This document shows, in pieces, positions 9,818 to 19,711 of a stretch of DNA of 32,000 nucleotides. The first letter of the stretch is position 1; each line of letters opens with the position of its first letter. The notes under the pieces were generated by a model, which was given only the letters and a program-made list of their open reading frames with translations, did not search any database and was not told the DNA's origin. The stretch is from Nitrosospira multiformis ATCC 25196 (lineage in GTDB: Bacteria; Pseudomonadota; Gammaproteobacteria; Burkholderiales; Nitrosomonadaceae). The stretch lies in contig NC_007614.1 of assembly GCF_000196355.1 (NCBI RefSeq), positions 2,490,001-2,522,000 of the forward strand, given 5' to 3'. The position numbers were made by a program, and so were the translations under genes.

Positions 9818-10758
9818 GCGAGGCCCGGCGGAACAATCTTTCCGACAATCTTCCCGGCAATCTTTACGGGACGGGCAATTTGCTGGTCATCGCCCATCCG
9901 GGGCATGAATTGCGCCTCTACGGCTGGATCGCGCAGACGAAACCACTGGTATGCATTCTCACCGACGGTTCGGGAAGCGATGATCAGCCCCGGCTGGCAG
10001 CTACCTTGAACATTCTGCAGGGGCTGGGGGCTGAAATCGGCCCGGTATGCGGTGAACTCACCGACCGGCAAATCTACCGGAAGATACTGCGTAGCGAATA
10101 CGATATATTCGATGATCTCTGCGAGCGGTTGATTGCACTTATCGCCGCACGGGATATTCGCACGGTGGTAAGCGACGGCATCGAGGGCTACAACCCGACA
10201 CATGATTTATGTGAGGTACTTGTCCGGACTGCGGTGGCTATTACCAACAATGTCACCCACGTCCCCAGGGCTGCGGATGGAAAAGAATGCCCTGTCCGGC
10301 ATTACACTATCCCCCTCATGGGGGATCCGCGACCCGCTGCGCAGCCCACTGCATGTCGCGCAGAAGGCGCGAATCCTGTCATCCAGCAGGAGAGCGAGCA
10401 GTGCATTATCGAACTGAACGAGCGTGAGCGGGCGCACAAGCTGGAAACCCTGCGCGAGTATGGCAGTCGAGCGGGTGGAATCCTTCAGCAGGAGGTGGAG
10501 GATGCGTTCCGCTCGTATGGCGAAGAGGCTTTTGGCCGTGAATACCTGTATGCGTCCGCCGCACGGGGGAAAGAGCCGGAACGAAATTTCCTGCAACAGA
10601 AACCTTTTTATGAAATCCGCGGAGAACAGCGCGTGGCGGACGGTCGTTACCGGGACGTCATCCGGTTTCATGAGCATGTTCTGCCCATCATGAATCGGCT
10701 GAATACAAAGATATCGGCTGTGCGGCTAAAGTGGGAAAAGACAGAGAAAGCGCCATGA
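9814..10758 (+). CDS. Divergent PIG-L/LmbE-like deacetylase family protein
   Basis: LLVIAHPGHELRLYGW and LVCILTDGSGSDD, followed by EGYNPTHDLCEV, resemble the PIG-L fold with an altered AHPDDE motif. ATGA overlap with the upstream gene. Confidence 0.6.
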   Translation: MSEARRNNLSDNLPGNLYGTGNLLVIAHPGHELRLYGWIAQTKPLVCILTDGSGSDDQPRLAATLNILQGLGAEIGPVCGELTDRQIYRKILRSEYDIFDDLCERLIALIAARDIRTVVSDGIEGYNPTHDLCEVLVRTAVAITNNVTHVPRAADGKECPVRHYTIPLMGDPRPAAQPTACRAEGANPVIQQESEQCIIELNERERAHKLETLREYGSRAGGILQQEVEDAFRSYGEEAFGREYLYASAARGKEPERNFLQQKPFYEIRGEQRVADGRYRDVIRFHEHVLPIMNRLNTKISAVRLKWEKTEKAP

Positions 10759-12644
10759 GGGTACTCATAACCAATAACACGCTCGACACCCGCGGCGGCT
10801 CCGAACTATATGTCCGCGACCTGGCCTTGGCGCTGCTGCGGCGCGGCCATAATCCAGTGGCCTATAGTACCCGACTTGGAGCGGTTGCCGAGGAGCTGCG
10901 CTCGGCGACCATTCCCGTCATTGACGATCTCAATCTGCTGACGGTTCCACCCGACATTATTCATGGCCAGCATCATCTCGATGCAATGACGGCCATGTTA
11001 TATTTTCCCGATACGCCCGCGGTCTACTTCTGCCATGGCTGGCTGCCGTGGGAAGAAATGGCGCCACGCTTCCCCACGATCCGGCATTATGTTGCTGTGG
11101 ACGATCTCTGCCAGGAGCGACTGCAATGCCTCCATGGCATCCCCCCCGAGCGCATTCGTGTAATACGCAATTTTGTCGACCTGCAGCGATTCGGCCTGCA
11201 CGCGGATTTACCTGCCATACCACGCAAGGCCCTGGTTTTCAGTAATTACATCGGTGAGGACGGCTGCCTGGGAATTCTGCGCCAAGCCTGTGCCGCGCGC
11301 GGCATCGAACTCGATGCCATCGGCCTTTCTGTCGGGCACAGTGAAGCCCGGCCTGAACGGATTCTCGGCTGCTATGACATTGTCTTTGCGAAAGCACGTT
11401 GCGCGCTTGAAGCCCTTGCCAGCGGAACGGCTGTAATAGCCTGCGACGCCGCCGGTCTCGGGGGCATGGTCATGCCGGACAACTATGAAACCTTTCGCGC
11501 GCTCAATTTCGGTATACGGAGTCTGCGTAATCCCATTACCCTGGATACCATCACGCGGGAACTCGACCGGTACGATGCGCCCGGGGCACGCGAGGTTACC
11601 CGGCGCGTACGATCAGAAGCAGGTATCGATCCGGCGATCGAACGGATTCTCCAAGTTTACCAGGAGGCAATGGAAGCGCACGTCCGCGAATCCAGGGAGA
11701 GGAAACCGAAACGGGAAAGCCCCTCCGACTCCCGCCTTCAGTCGGCAAGCAGATATCTCCGCGAGATTGCCGATTTCACCAAAAAGCGCCATCAGGTGGA
11801 GCAGGAGAAACATCTTGCTGTGGCTGAAGCCGCAGCGCAGCGTACACGCGCTGAGCAGGCCGAGTTCGAGTTGGGGAAAATCCACAATTCGCGTCTCTGG
11901 CCACTCGTCATGTTGCTCTATCGGCTCAAGTATAGGTTATGGAATCGTCCCATTGCCGTTCTTCGGGCACGTCGAGAAAATCGATTCCGGGAGAATCGAA
12001 ATGACCAAGACGGGAGCAAGGCTGGAGAAAACAACCATTCGGCCGATCGCGTCAGCGTATTCGAGCAAATCTATGTCCGCAATGCCTGGCAGAGTCCTGA
12101 ATCCCGGTCAGGGCCGGGCTCCACGCTGGAACGAACCGAGATACTGCGGTGCGAACTTCCTCCTCTGCTGGCCCGCCTCGGGGTTCGCACACTGGTGGAT
12201 GCACCTTGCGGGGATTGCAACTGGCGGCAGCATACTGTAATCGATCTCGATGCATACATCGGTGTCGATATCGTTCCTGCGCTGATAGAGGAAAACCGGC
12301 AGCGCTTTCCCCATTCCAACTGGAGATTCGAGGTTGCCGACCTGGTAGAAGATGACTTGCCGCGCGGTGATGCAGTGCTCTGCCGCGATGCCCTGATCCA
12401 TTTGTCGCTGACGGATATTCTGCGGGCGCTTTCCAATATCCGCCGCTCCGGGGCAAAGTACCTGCTGGCAACCAGCCATGAAACGACCAGCGCCAACACA
12501 GACATCGCCACGGGCGGGTGGCGTTCCGTGAACTTGACGCTGGCGCCTTTCAACCTTCCCCCTCCATTGGAGCGTATCGTCGAAAATCCGCAAACCGGAA
12601 AGATACTGGGCATATGGCTGCTGGCAGAGATACCGCTCTCCTGA
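10755..12644 (+). CDS. Two-domain protein: N-terminal glycosyltransferase (GT4-like), coiled linker, C-terminal SAM-dependent methyltransferase
   Basis: MRVLITNNTLDTRGGSELYVRDLALALLRRGH and YIGEDGCLG...CALEALASGTAVIACD in the N-terminal half. LGVRTLVDAPCGDCNWRQH...YIGVDIVPALIEENRQRFP in the C-terminal half. Confidence 0.8.
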   Translation: MRVLITNNTLDTRGGSELYVRDLALALLRRGHNPVAYSTRLGAVAEELRSATIPVIDDLNLLTVPPDIIHGQHHLDAMTAMLYFPDTPAVYFCHGWLPWEEMAPRFPTIRHYVAVDDLCQERLQCLHGIPPERIRVIRNFVDLQRFGLHADLPAIPRKALVFSNYIGEDGCLGILRQACAARGIELDAIGLSVGHSEARPERILGCYDIVFAKARCALEALASGTAVIACDAAGLGGMVMPDNYETFRALNFGIRSLRNPITLDTITRELDRYDAPGAREVTRRVRSEAGIDPAIERILQVYQEAMEAHVRESRERKPKRESPSDSRLQSASRYLREIADFTKKRHQVEQEKHLAVAEAAAQRTRAEQAEFELGKIHNSRLWPLVMLLYRLKYRLWNRPIAVLRARRENRFRENRNDQDGSKAGENNHSADRVSVFEQIYVRNAWQSPESRSGPGSTLERTEILRCELPPLLARLGVRTLVDAPCGDCNWRQHTVIDLDAYIGVDIVPALIEENRQRFPHSNWRFEVADLVEDDLPRGDAVLCRDALIHLSLTDILRALSNIRRSGAKYLLATSHETTSANTDIATGGWRSVNLTLAPFNLPPPLERIVENPQTGKILGIWLLAEIPLS

Positions 12645-13648
12645 TGATGAATCTGATGAATGCACCCGTGCCGCTATCCCCTGCCCTCGAATTAGCGTTG
12701 CCTGTTGATACTGCTGTCGTCGGCGTCGGATATTTCGGCAGCTTGCATGCATTATGCTACTCCCGCCTGCCCGGAAGCCGCCTCCAGGCATTGATCGACC
12801 CCGATCCGATTACGCAATTCCTGGCTGAGCATCTAGGCGTCCCCTGGTTTCCAGGTGTTGCAGAACTTCCGTCCACAATCCGCGCGGTATCGGTTGCCAC
12901 ACCGGTTGCCATGCATTTCGGGCTGACCAGATCGCTGCTCCAGCAAGGGCTGGACGTGCTGCTGGAAAAGCCGATTGCGGAAACCGCGGCACAGGCGACG
13001 GAACTGCGAATGGTAGCGGAGGCAAACCAATGCATCCTGCAGATCGGACATATCGAACGCTTCAATCCGGCCTATACCGCTGGCGGAACGCTCCTCCCGT
13101 TCGCCCGGACCGTCCGCTCGGTGCGGACCACACGACATCCTCCGCGATCCAGCGCACTGGACGTGGTCATCGACCTGATGATCCATGATCTTGACCTGAT
13201 TCTGCATAGCCTGGATTCCTCCGTGGTGGAACTGCGCGCCTCCGGTAGAAGCTGCGGTTTAACAGCCATAGATGAAGCAGAAGTTGAACTGACTTTCTCC
13301 AATGGGTGCCGGGTATACCTGGATGCACACTGGGGGCGAGATACGGAGCAGGACGCGCGCTGCATGGTTGCGGAACTGGAAAACGATGAAACCTGGGTCA
13401 TCGATTTCAGGCGCCGGATGACCTATCGCAAGGAACCCGGCAGCTCGACGGGTCCTTTGCCTGCGGACGGCCACACGCTTCCGTTTCCCATGCAACGGAT
13501 ACAGGAAGATACGTTGAGCCTGCAACTCGCGGCCTTCCTCGATGCCTGCCGCAACCGTTCACTACCCCGGGTTACGCCGGCGGAAGGCAATGCTGCCCTG
13601 GAGCTGGCGCACTGCATCCGGCAGCAGATACTCAGGCCCTGCCCGTGA
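12644..13648 (+). CDS. Gfo/Idh/MocA family NAD(P)-dependent sugar oxidoreductase (GnnA-like)
   Basis: VVGVGYFGSLHALCYSRLPG, ATPVAMHFGLTRSLLQQGLDVLLEKPIAETAAQA, and LQIGHIERFNPAY. Confidence 0.8.
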   Translation: MMNLMNAPVPLSPALELALPVDTAVVGVGYFGSLHALCYSRLPGSRLQALIDPDPITQFLAEHLGVPWFPGVAELPSTIRAVSVATPVAMHFGLTRSLLQQGLDVLLEKPIAETAAQATELRMVAEANQCILQIGHIERFNPAYTAGGTLLPFARTVRSVRTTRHPPRSSALDVVIDLMIHDLDLILHSLDSSVVELRASGRSCGLTAIDEAEVELTFSNGCRVYLDAHWGRDTEQDARCMVAELENDETWVIDFRRRMTYRKEPGSSTGPLPADGHTLPFPMQRIQEDTLSLQLAAFLDACRNRSLPRVTPAEGNAALELAHCIRQQILRPCP

Positions 13649-14769
13649 TCGTCCCGCAACTCGATCTCGCGCAGGAGTATCAGCAGCTGCGTGCGGAAAT
13701 CGACGCTGCTGTGCAGCGGGTGTTTTTGAAAGGCGCATTTATCGACAGCGCAGAAAACGCGGTACTGGAACACGAGCTTGCGGAATACATCGGCGCTGCT
13801 GAAGTCATCTGCGTCAATTCTGGCACCGACGCGCTGCTGCTCTCCCTCAAGGCATTGGGAATAGGAGCGGGCGATGACGTAATCGTGCCCGCCTTCACCT
13901 TCTTTGCAACGGCAGAGGCGGTAAGCCTCGCGGGAGCGCGCCCCTGTTTTGCCGACTGTGCACCCGGCCAATACAATATTGATGCGAGCAGCGTGGGGCA
14001 GGCGTTGACGCCGCGGACAAGAGCCGTCATCGCCGTCCATCTTTTCGGGCAGCCGGTCGATTTAAAGCCGTTACAGGAATTCTGCGCAAGCCACAACTTG
14101 TGGTTGATCGAGGATGCGGCCCAAGCAATCGGCGCGCGCTATCACGACCAGGGTATCGGATCCTTCGGTATCACCGGCGCCTTCAGCTTCTACCCCACAA
14201 AAAACCTAGGCACTTATGGCGACGGTGGAGCGATTGCCTGTAGCGATCCCGAGCTTGCGTCGCGATTGCGACGCCTTCGAAATCACGGACGGCAGGACCG
14301 CTACCAGCACACGGAAATCGGCTTCAACAGCCGTCTCGACGAACTCCAGGCAGCAATATTGAAGGTCAAGCTTGCCTATCTGGATGACTGGAATGCGCAA
14401 CGCCGCCAGCTCGCCACGCTCTACCAGCAAGCTCTGCAAAATACGGAATGCAACTGGCCGACAGTCCCTGAAGGCATTGTTCCCGTCCACCATCAGTTCG
14501 TAATTACCCATCCGCAGCGCGACGCGCTGCAACTGTTTCTGGCAGAACACAATATTTCAACTGCCGTTTTCTATCCCATTCCCTGCCATCTGCAGCCGGC
14601 CTTCTCGGAATCGCACGCCGGTGTCTCGCTGCCGCTGGCCGAACGTCTTGCCGATCAAGTGCTGGCCCTGCCTATCTACCCCGCCCTGCCTCCCGAAGCG
14701 GTAAGGCATATCGGGGAACTGATACAGGATTTTGAACACGTCGAACACGGGAAGGGGAAATCACCCTGA
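13645..14769 (+). CDS. DegT/DnrJ/EryC1/StrS family sugar aminotransferase (GnnB-like)
   Basis: CVNSGTDALLLSLKALGIGAGDDVIVPAFTFFATAEAVSLAGARPCFAD, EDAAQAIGARY, and FSFYPTKNLGTYGDGGAI (PLP lysine). GTGA overlap with the upstream gene. Confidence 0.88.
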   Translation: MIVPQLDLAQEYQQLRAEIDAAVQRVFLKGAFIDSAENAVLEHELAEYIGAAEVICVNSGTDALLLSLKALGIGAGDDVIVPAFTFFATAEAVSLAGARPCFADCAPGQYNIDASSVGQALTPRTRAVIAVHLFGQPVDLKPLQEFCASHNLWLIEDAAQAIGARYHDQGIGSFGITGAFSFYPTKNLGTYGDGGAIACSDPELASRLRRLRNHGRQDRYQHTEIGFNSRLDELQAAILKVKLAYLDDWNAQRRQLATLYQQALQNTECNWPTVPEGIVPVHHQFVITHPQRDALQLFLAEHNISTAVFYPIPCHLQPAFSESHAGVSLPLAERLADQVLALPIYPALPPEAVRHIGELIQDFEHVEHGKGKSP

Positions 14770-14797
14770 CCTCCATTATTGATAGGGAACAAACCTT

Positions 14798-15943
14798 ATG
14801 GCCACACTTCAGGAAAATGTCAGCATGGCGGTATTTTGTGACTTCGAAAATGTCGCTCTTGGCGTGCGTGATGCGAAATACGAGAAGTTCGATATCAAAC
14901 CGGTGCTGGAGCGATTGTTGCTCAAAGGCAGCATTGTCATAAAAAAGGCTTATTGCGACTGGGATCGTTACAAGACCTTTAAAACTGCGCTACACGAAGC
15001 AAATTTCGAGCTGATCGAGATTCCGCACATTCGTCAGTCCGGTAAAAACTCAGCCGACATCCGCCTGGTCGTGGATGCGCTCGATCTTTGTTACACGAAA
15101 TCGCATGTGAACACGTTCGTCATTATCAGTGGCGATTCCGATTTCTCGCCCCTCGTCTCCAAGTTGCGCGAGAACGCTAAACAAGTAATCGGTGTTGGAG
15201 TCAAGAAATCAACTTCAGATCTGCTGATAGCCAACTGCGATGAATTCATTTTTTATGACGATCTCGTGCGGGAAATCCAGCGTACTGCCGCGAAACACGA
15301 TACGGCAGAAGCACCGCCTGTGGTAAAACAGGCGCCTGCAGAGGAAAAACGCCCAGGAGAGGAACTCGAAGCACGCAAGGGCCAGGCAATCAACATGGCG
15401 GTAGAGACTTTCGACGCCCTGGTATCCGAGCGGGGCGACAGCGGAAAAATCTGGGCATCGACACTCAAGCAAGCGATCAAGCGCCGCAAACCTGGTTTTA
15501 ACGAGTCTTATTATGGCTTTCGTGCCTTCGGTAATTTGCTTGAGGAGGCGCAAGCCCGAGGCCTGCTTGAACTGGGCCGTGACGAGAAATCGGGCACGTA
15601 TGTTTATCGCAGCAGCAGCGCGGCCGATAGCGGTACAGCGGTGGAAGCGTCGGCGCCTGCTCCTGCTTCGCTGGAGATTGCGGCCCCCTCAGCGCCGCTC
15701 GACGGGCTCATCTCCCTGGATGAAACACATCAGCGGAGAAAGAGTCGTAAGGCCGGGGAAAAGAAAGCAGATTTGCTGCCAGCAACTCCTGTGCCCGGGG
15801 CAGAAACTGCACAGACTGCCGGCAATCCGGCAGATCAAACAGTGCCGGAAAAACCAGGAACCAAGGGAAGGAAAAAGCCAGCCACACGCCCTCCGCGCAA
15901 ACCGGAAGCCGGGACAGACAAGATCGACAAGAAGCCTGGTTAG
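14798..15943 (+). CDS. NYN domain (LabA/DUF88-like) putative RNase with OST-HTH/LOTUS domain
   Basis: MAVFCDFENVALGV, NSADIRLVVDALDL, FVIISGDSDFSPLVSKLRE (NYN acidic residues). Then IWASTLKQAIKRRKPGFNESYYGFRAFGNLLEEAQARGLLEL (LOTUS) and a low-complexity basic tail. Confidence 0.85.
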   Translation: MATLQENVSMAVFCDFENVALGVRDAKYEKFDIKPVLERLLLKGSIVIKKAYCDWDRYKTFKTALHEANFELIEIPHIRQSGKNSADIRLVVDALDLCYTKSHVNTFVIISGDSDFSPLVSKLRENAKQVIGVGVKKSTSDLLIANCDEFIFYDDLVREIQRTAAKHDTAEAPPVVKQAPAEEKRPGEELEARKGQAINMAVETFDALVSERGDSGKIWASTLKQAIKRRKPGFNESYYGFRAFGNLLEEAQARGLLELGRDEKSGTYVYRSSSAADSGTAVEASAPAPASLEIAAPSAPLDGLISLDETHQRRKSRKAGEKKADLLPATPVPGAETAQTAGNPADQTVPEKPGTKGRKKPATRPPRKPEAGTDKIDKKPG

Positions 15944-16062
15944 TCTTTTCGCTTCCCCGTATGAAGCTACGAATCAATCGCTCATCGCCATGATGCAATG
16001 CGCGCCCTCAAAGGGATCGGATCGTGCCGGACAGTATTCCAGGTAGATTAAGGAATTCAATG

Positions 16063-16650
16063 TCAATCCTGATACTCGAACACTTCGACAACCTTGCGGA
16101 CGCCATCCGTGGATTTCGCAATCTTCACCGCGCTTTGCGCTTCCTCCCGGTCCACCATTCCCATCAGATAAACCACCCCATCCTCCGTCACGACTTTGAC
16201 GTGGTTGGCCTGGAATAGCCCCTCATTCACGAACCTCGCCTTGACCTTGGATGTAATCCAGGCATCATAACTGCGCGCGGTAAGCGGCTTGATCTCTCCT
16301 ACGGCAATTTCATTGGTGACGTCACGCACGCCTTCCACGGCCTTCACTATGTCTCCAATCTCATCTTTAACCTTCGCAGATGCCGCCTGGCCAGTCAGCA
16401 GTACCTTACCATTGAAGCTCGTGACCTCTACGTGAACCTTGCGGCCAAATTTTTCCTTGATTCTCCCGTTGCTCTTGAACTCGATGCTCTCATCCTGCAT
16501 CATGGTGCCGCTTGTACGTCTGTCCTCAGCTACCGCATATCCACTGCCCGCAGCCGCCCCCGTTACCGCCACCGCGGCGCAACCGGAGAGAAATGAAAGC
16601 GGAAGCAGGAAAAAAACAACCGCCAATAACTTCAAATTCAGGTTCTGCAT
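16063..16650 (-). CDS. BON-domain lipoprotein (OsmY/DolP-like); ORF extends to 16749
   Basis: Lipobox-like SFLSGCAAVAVTG, and two BON-like repeats (VEVTSFNGKVLLTGQA...VKAVEGVRDVTNEI; VKVVTEDGVVYLMGMVDREEA...GVRKVVEVFEY). Confidence 0.85.
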   Translation of the reverse strand: MQNLNLKLLAVVFFLLPLSFLSGCAAVAVTGAAAGSGYAVAEDRRTSGTMMQDESIEFKSNGRIKEKFGRKVHVEVTSFNGKVLLTGQAASAKVKDEIGDIVKAVEGVRDVTNEIAVGEIKPLTARSYDAWITSKVKARFVNEGLFQANHVKVVTEDGVVYLMGMVDREEAQSAVKIAKSTDGVRKVVEVFEYQD

Positions 16651-19600
16651 ATATTCTCTCGGAAAAAATATCTCAACCTCTACTTTATCTCCTTTTATCC
16701 TCTCCTGGGGTGCATCCTCACCCTTTTCTGCATCAAAAGCGATCGTCAACCGGTGCGAGTTATCGATAAATTCTCCAGCGTGAAAAAAGTTCGGACGTAG
16801 GAGGGTTTAAGCAAGGATAGAAGGGCTTCATCCTTCCTGATTTGAGATGATCAGTAGGTCCCAAACAATTACCTGCACTAGAACGGATTCCTCAACTCTT
16901 GGTGGTTAATTCCTGATCTATTTCGCTAAGTAACCCCTGCAGCTTTTCTATCTCGACTGGCTTGGTAAGGTGATAATCGAATCCAGCAGTTCGCGCTCTT
17001 CGACGGTCCTCTTCGGATCCCCATCCGGTCAAAGCTACCAGGATCAAGCCCTTTATGTTCGAATCAGAACGGAGTTGTTGTGCAACTTCATACCCGCTCA
17101 GACCAGGAAGGCCAATGTCGAGGAACATTACGTCAGGTTGAAAGGTCTGAGCGGCCTTAAGAGCATCCGGGCCAGTGTGAACCGTCTCTACCGTATGTCC
17201 GGACATCATGAGGAGCATGGCGAGTGTTTCAGCCCCATCCACATTGTCGTCCACCACAAGGATATGGCGGGGAACAGATAGGGTACAGGAGTCCCCTGCC
17301 CCAGCAACTTGCCTCTTGATTATTTGCGTTGGGGGGAGGGGAAGACGGACAACGAACGTGCTGCCTTGCCCGAGGCCTTGGCTTTCCGCTGTAATGGATC
17401 CGTTGTGCATTTCTACAAGTCGCTTGACGAGGGCTAACCCGATGCCTAATCCTCCCTGTGAGCGATCCAGGGTTTTCCCGACCTGACTAAATAATTCAAA
17501 TACCTCTAGCAGAGCCTCTGACGTAAGGCCGACTCCGTTATCCCGCACCCTGATGATTACTTCGCTGCCATCTCTCTCGGCAGACAACTCGATTTGTCCT
17601 CCTTTGGAAGTGTACTTCGCGGCATTATTCAGGAGGTTACTCACTACCTGGGTCATACGCGTGGGATCGGCGTCAAGCAGGAGCGACTCTTTAGGATTCG
17701 AAATGAACAGCCTGTGCTGGTTTTCCTTAATAAGGGGCCGGCTCAGTTCGAGAGCTGCATCCAGTACCGCGCGAACATCTACCCACTCCTTCTTGAGTTG
17801 GACCTTTCCGCTGGTAATGCGGGAAACGTCAAGCAGATCGTCGATTAGATGGACCATATGTTCCACCTGTCGCTCCATGATCTCTCGCGTCCTCACCGTG
17901 GCCTCCATTGAAGGGGCCAGCTTGAGCACGGCAAGTCCGTTACGAACGGGGGCAAGAGGATTTCTAAGTTCATGAGCCAGCGTGGCGAGGAATTCATCCT
18001 TGCGTCGATCCTGCTCCCGCACTTGCTCATAAAGATAGGCGTTTTCGATCCCAGCAGAAGCAATCGCAGCAAGCTGCACCAGAATCGCCTCGTCCTCTTC
18101 GGTGAATTCGCCTTGAGTCTTGTCCGTGAGCTGGACCAAGCCGAGGTTTTTCCCCCCGTGGCCGATCAGCGGTACGGCAAGCCAGCCTCTCATGGGCGGA
18201 TGATCTTTGGCATGTTTTCCAAACCCTTTCCATGCTGGATGGGCTTCCATCTCTTGTTGAGTCATCCGCATCGGACAATTGGTACGGCATACTTCCATGT
18301 AAATGCCAGACCCGTCCGGCTTCTCGGAATAGGCATGGTAATGGGCATACTTGTCCGACAGTGATACCGCTCTAATCGCCTGTGCCCAGTTTTCTGAAAT
18401 AGTCACGGAAGTGACCGCTTGGTGAGCCCCAAGCATAGACCGGGCTTCTTCAGTCAAAATCCGGGCAATGCTGTCCACCGACCACTCCACGTTCATCGAC
18501 TTGCTTGCATTGGCTACCCGTGCCAGAAGTACGGCACGGCCCTTCTCTGTTCCCAAGAGAGCGGCCATCTTTTCTTCGGATTGCTTCTGCTCCGTGACAT
18601 CCCGGTATGCGACGACTGCTCCGGCGGGTCGCCCATCGACCATTATCGGAGAAACAGAGTAGGTAACTGGTACTGGCCTGCCATCCTTTCGCCAAAAGAC
18701 ATCGTCGTCCACACGCGCTGGCACACCCTCGCGCACAGCTAAGGCGACAGGGGACTCACTGACAGCGCGATGACCGCCGCCCGGGTGTGTGTGGTGAATG
18801 ATGTCGTGCAGGTGCCGACCAAGGAGCTCTCGAGCCTGGTAGCCAAGCATCGCTGCCCCAGCTGGATTCAGGTAGGTGCAGCGGAAATCTGGCCCCATTA
18901 CGTAAAGACCATCACCGACGGATTCAAAGATAGCCCGCAAGTACTCTCGGCTTTCCTGAAGATCCTTCTCGACCTGCTTGCGGTCCGTGATATCGAGCAG
19001 GTTTCCGGCATATCCGAGAAATTGGCCTTCGAGGGAGAAGCGAGGGCGGCCTGCGTCGATGATCCACCGGTACACACCATCGGCCCGCCGCAGCCGATAC
19101 TCGAGGAAGAATTCTTCTTTCCGCTCGTTTGCGAAAAGAAAATTTTTGCTTGCTTCCTCCCGATCTTCCGGATGCACGGCATTGAGCCACCCGAAGCCCA
19201 GCCCTTCTTCCTCGTCTTGGCCAGTGAACTCGTACCACCCTTGAGAGAGGAAAGAGCAGAAACCGTCCGGCTCGGTCACCCAGAGCATGGCCGGAGCGGC
19301 GTTGGCAAAGCCACGAAACAACTCTTCGCTTTGCTGGAGGGCCTGCTCGGACCGCTGCTGCTGGGCAATGACAGTCACTTGGTTGGCAGCGAGCTCCAGC
19401 AGCAGCCGATCATCCTCAGTTGGAAAGCCTGCGCGCTGCGAACCAGTGACTAACACATCACGCTCTTCCAAGCCGAACCGAGTGAGAGTCATTCGCAGAG
19501 TACCCGTGCCAAACGGATCAGGCACTATAGCAACCGGGATTGAAGCAGCATTGCTCAAGAGGGAAGTGAGCCAGTCCCGCACTTCGTAAATGCAGCGGCC

Positions 19601-19704
19601 CGCATCAGGACGATGCTTGCTGCATATAGCCTCCGTGAAGCCAGAGCTGTTGGGCTGGGCAAGGCGGATGTAGACCAAGTCAAGATCAAGAGTACTCGAG
19701 AGAA

Positions 19705-19711
19705 CTTTAGC
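19705..19711. repeat. Target-site duplication, left copy (CTTTAGC)
   Basis: Identical 7-mer abuts both IS ends. Confidence 0.88.

Noticed and set aside
11485-12240. 251-aa plus-strand ORF inside the glycosyltransferase-methyltransferase gene
   Set aside because: Out of frame with a well-supported domain-bearing CDS. Compositional artefact rather than an overlapping gene.
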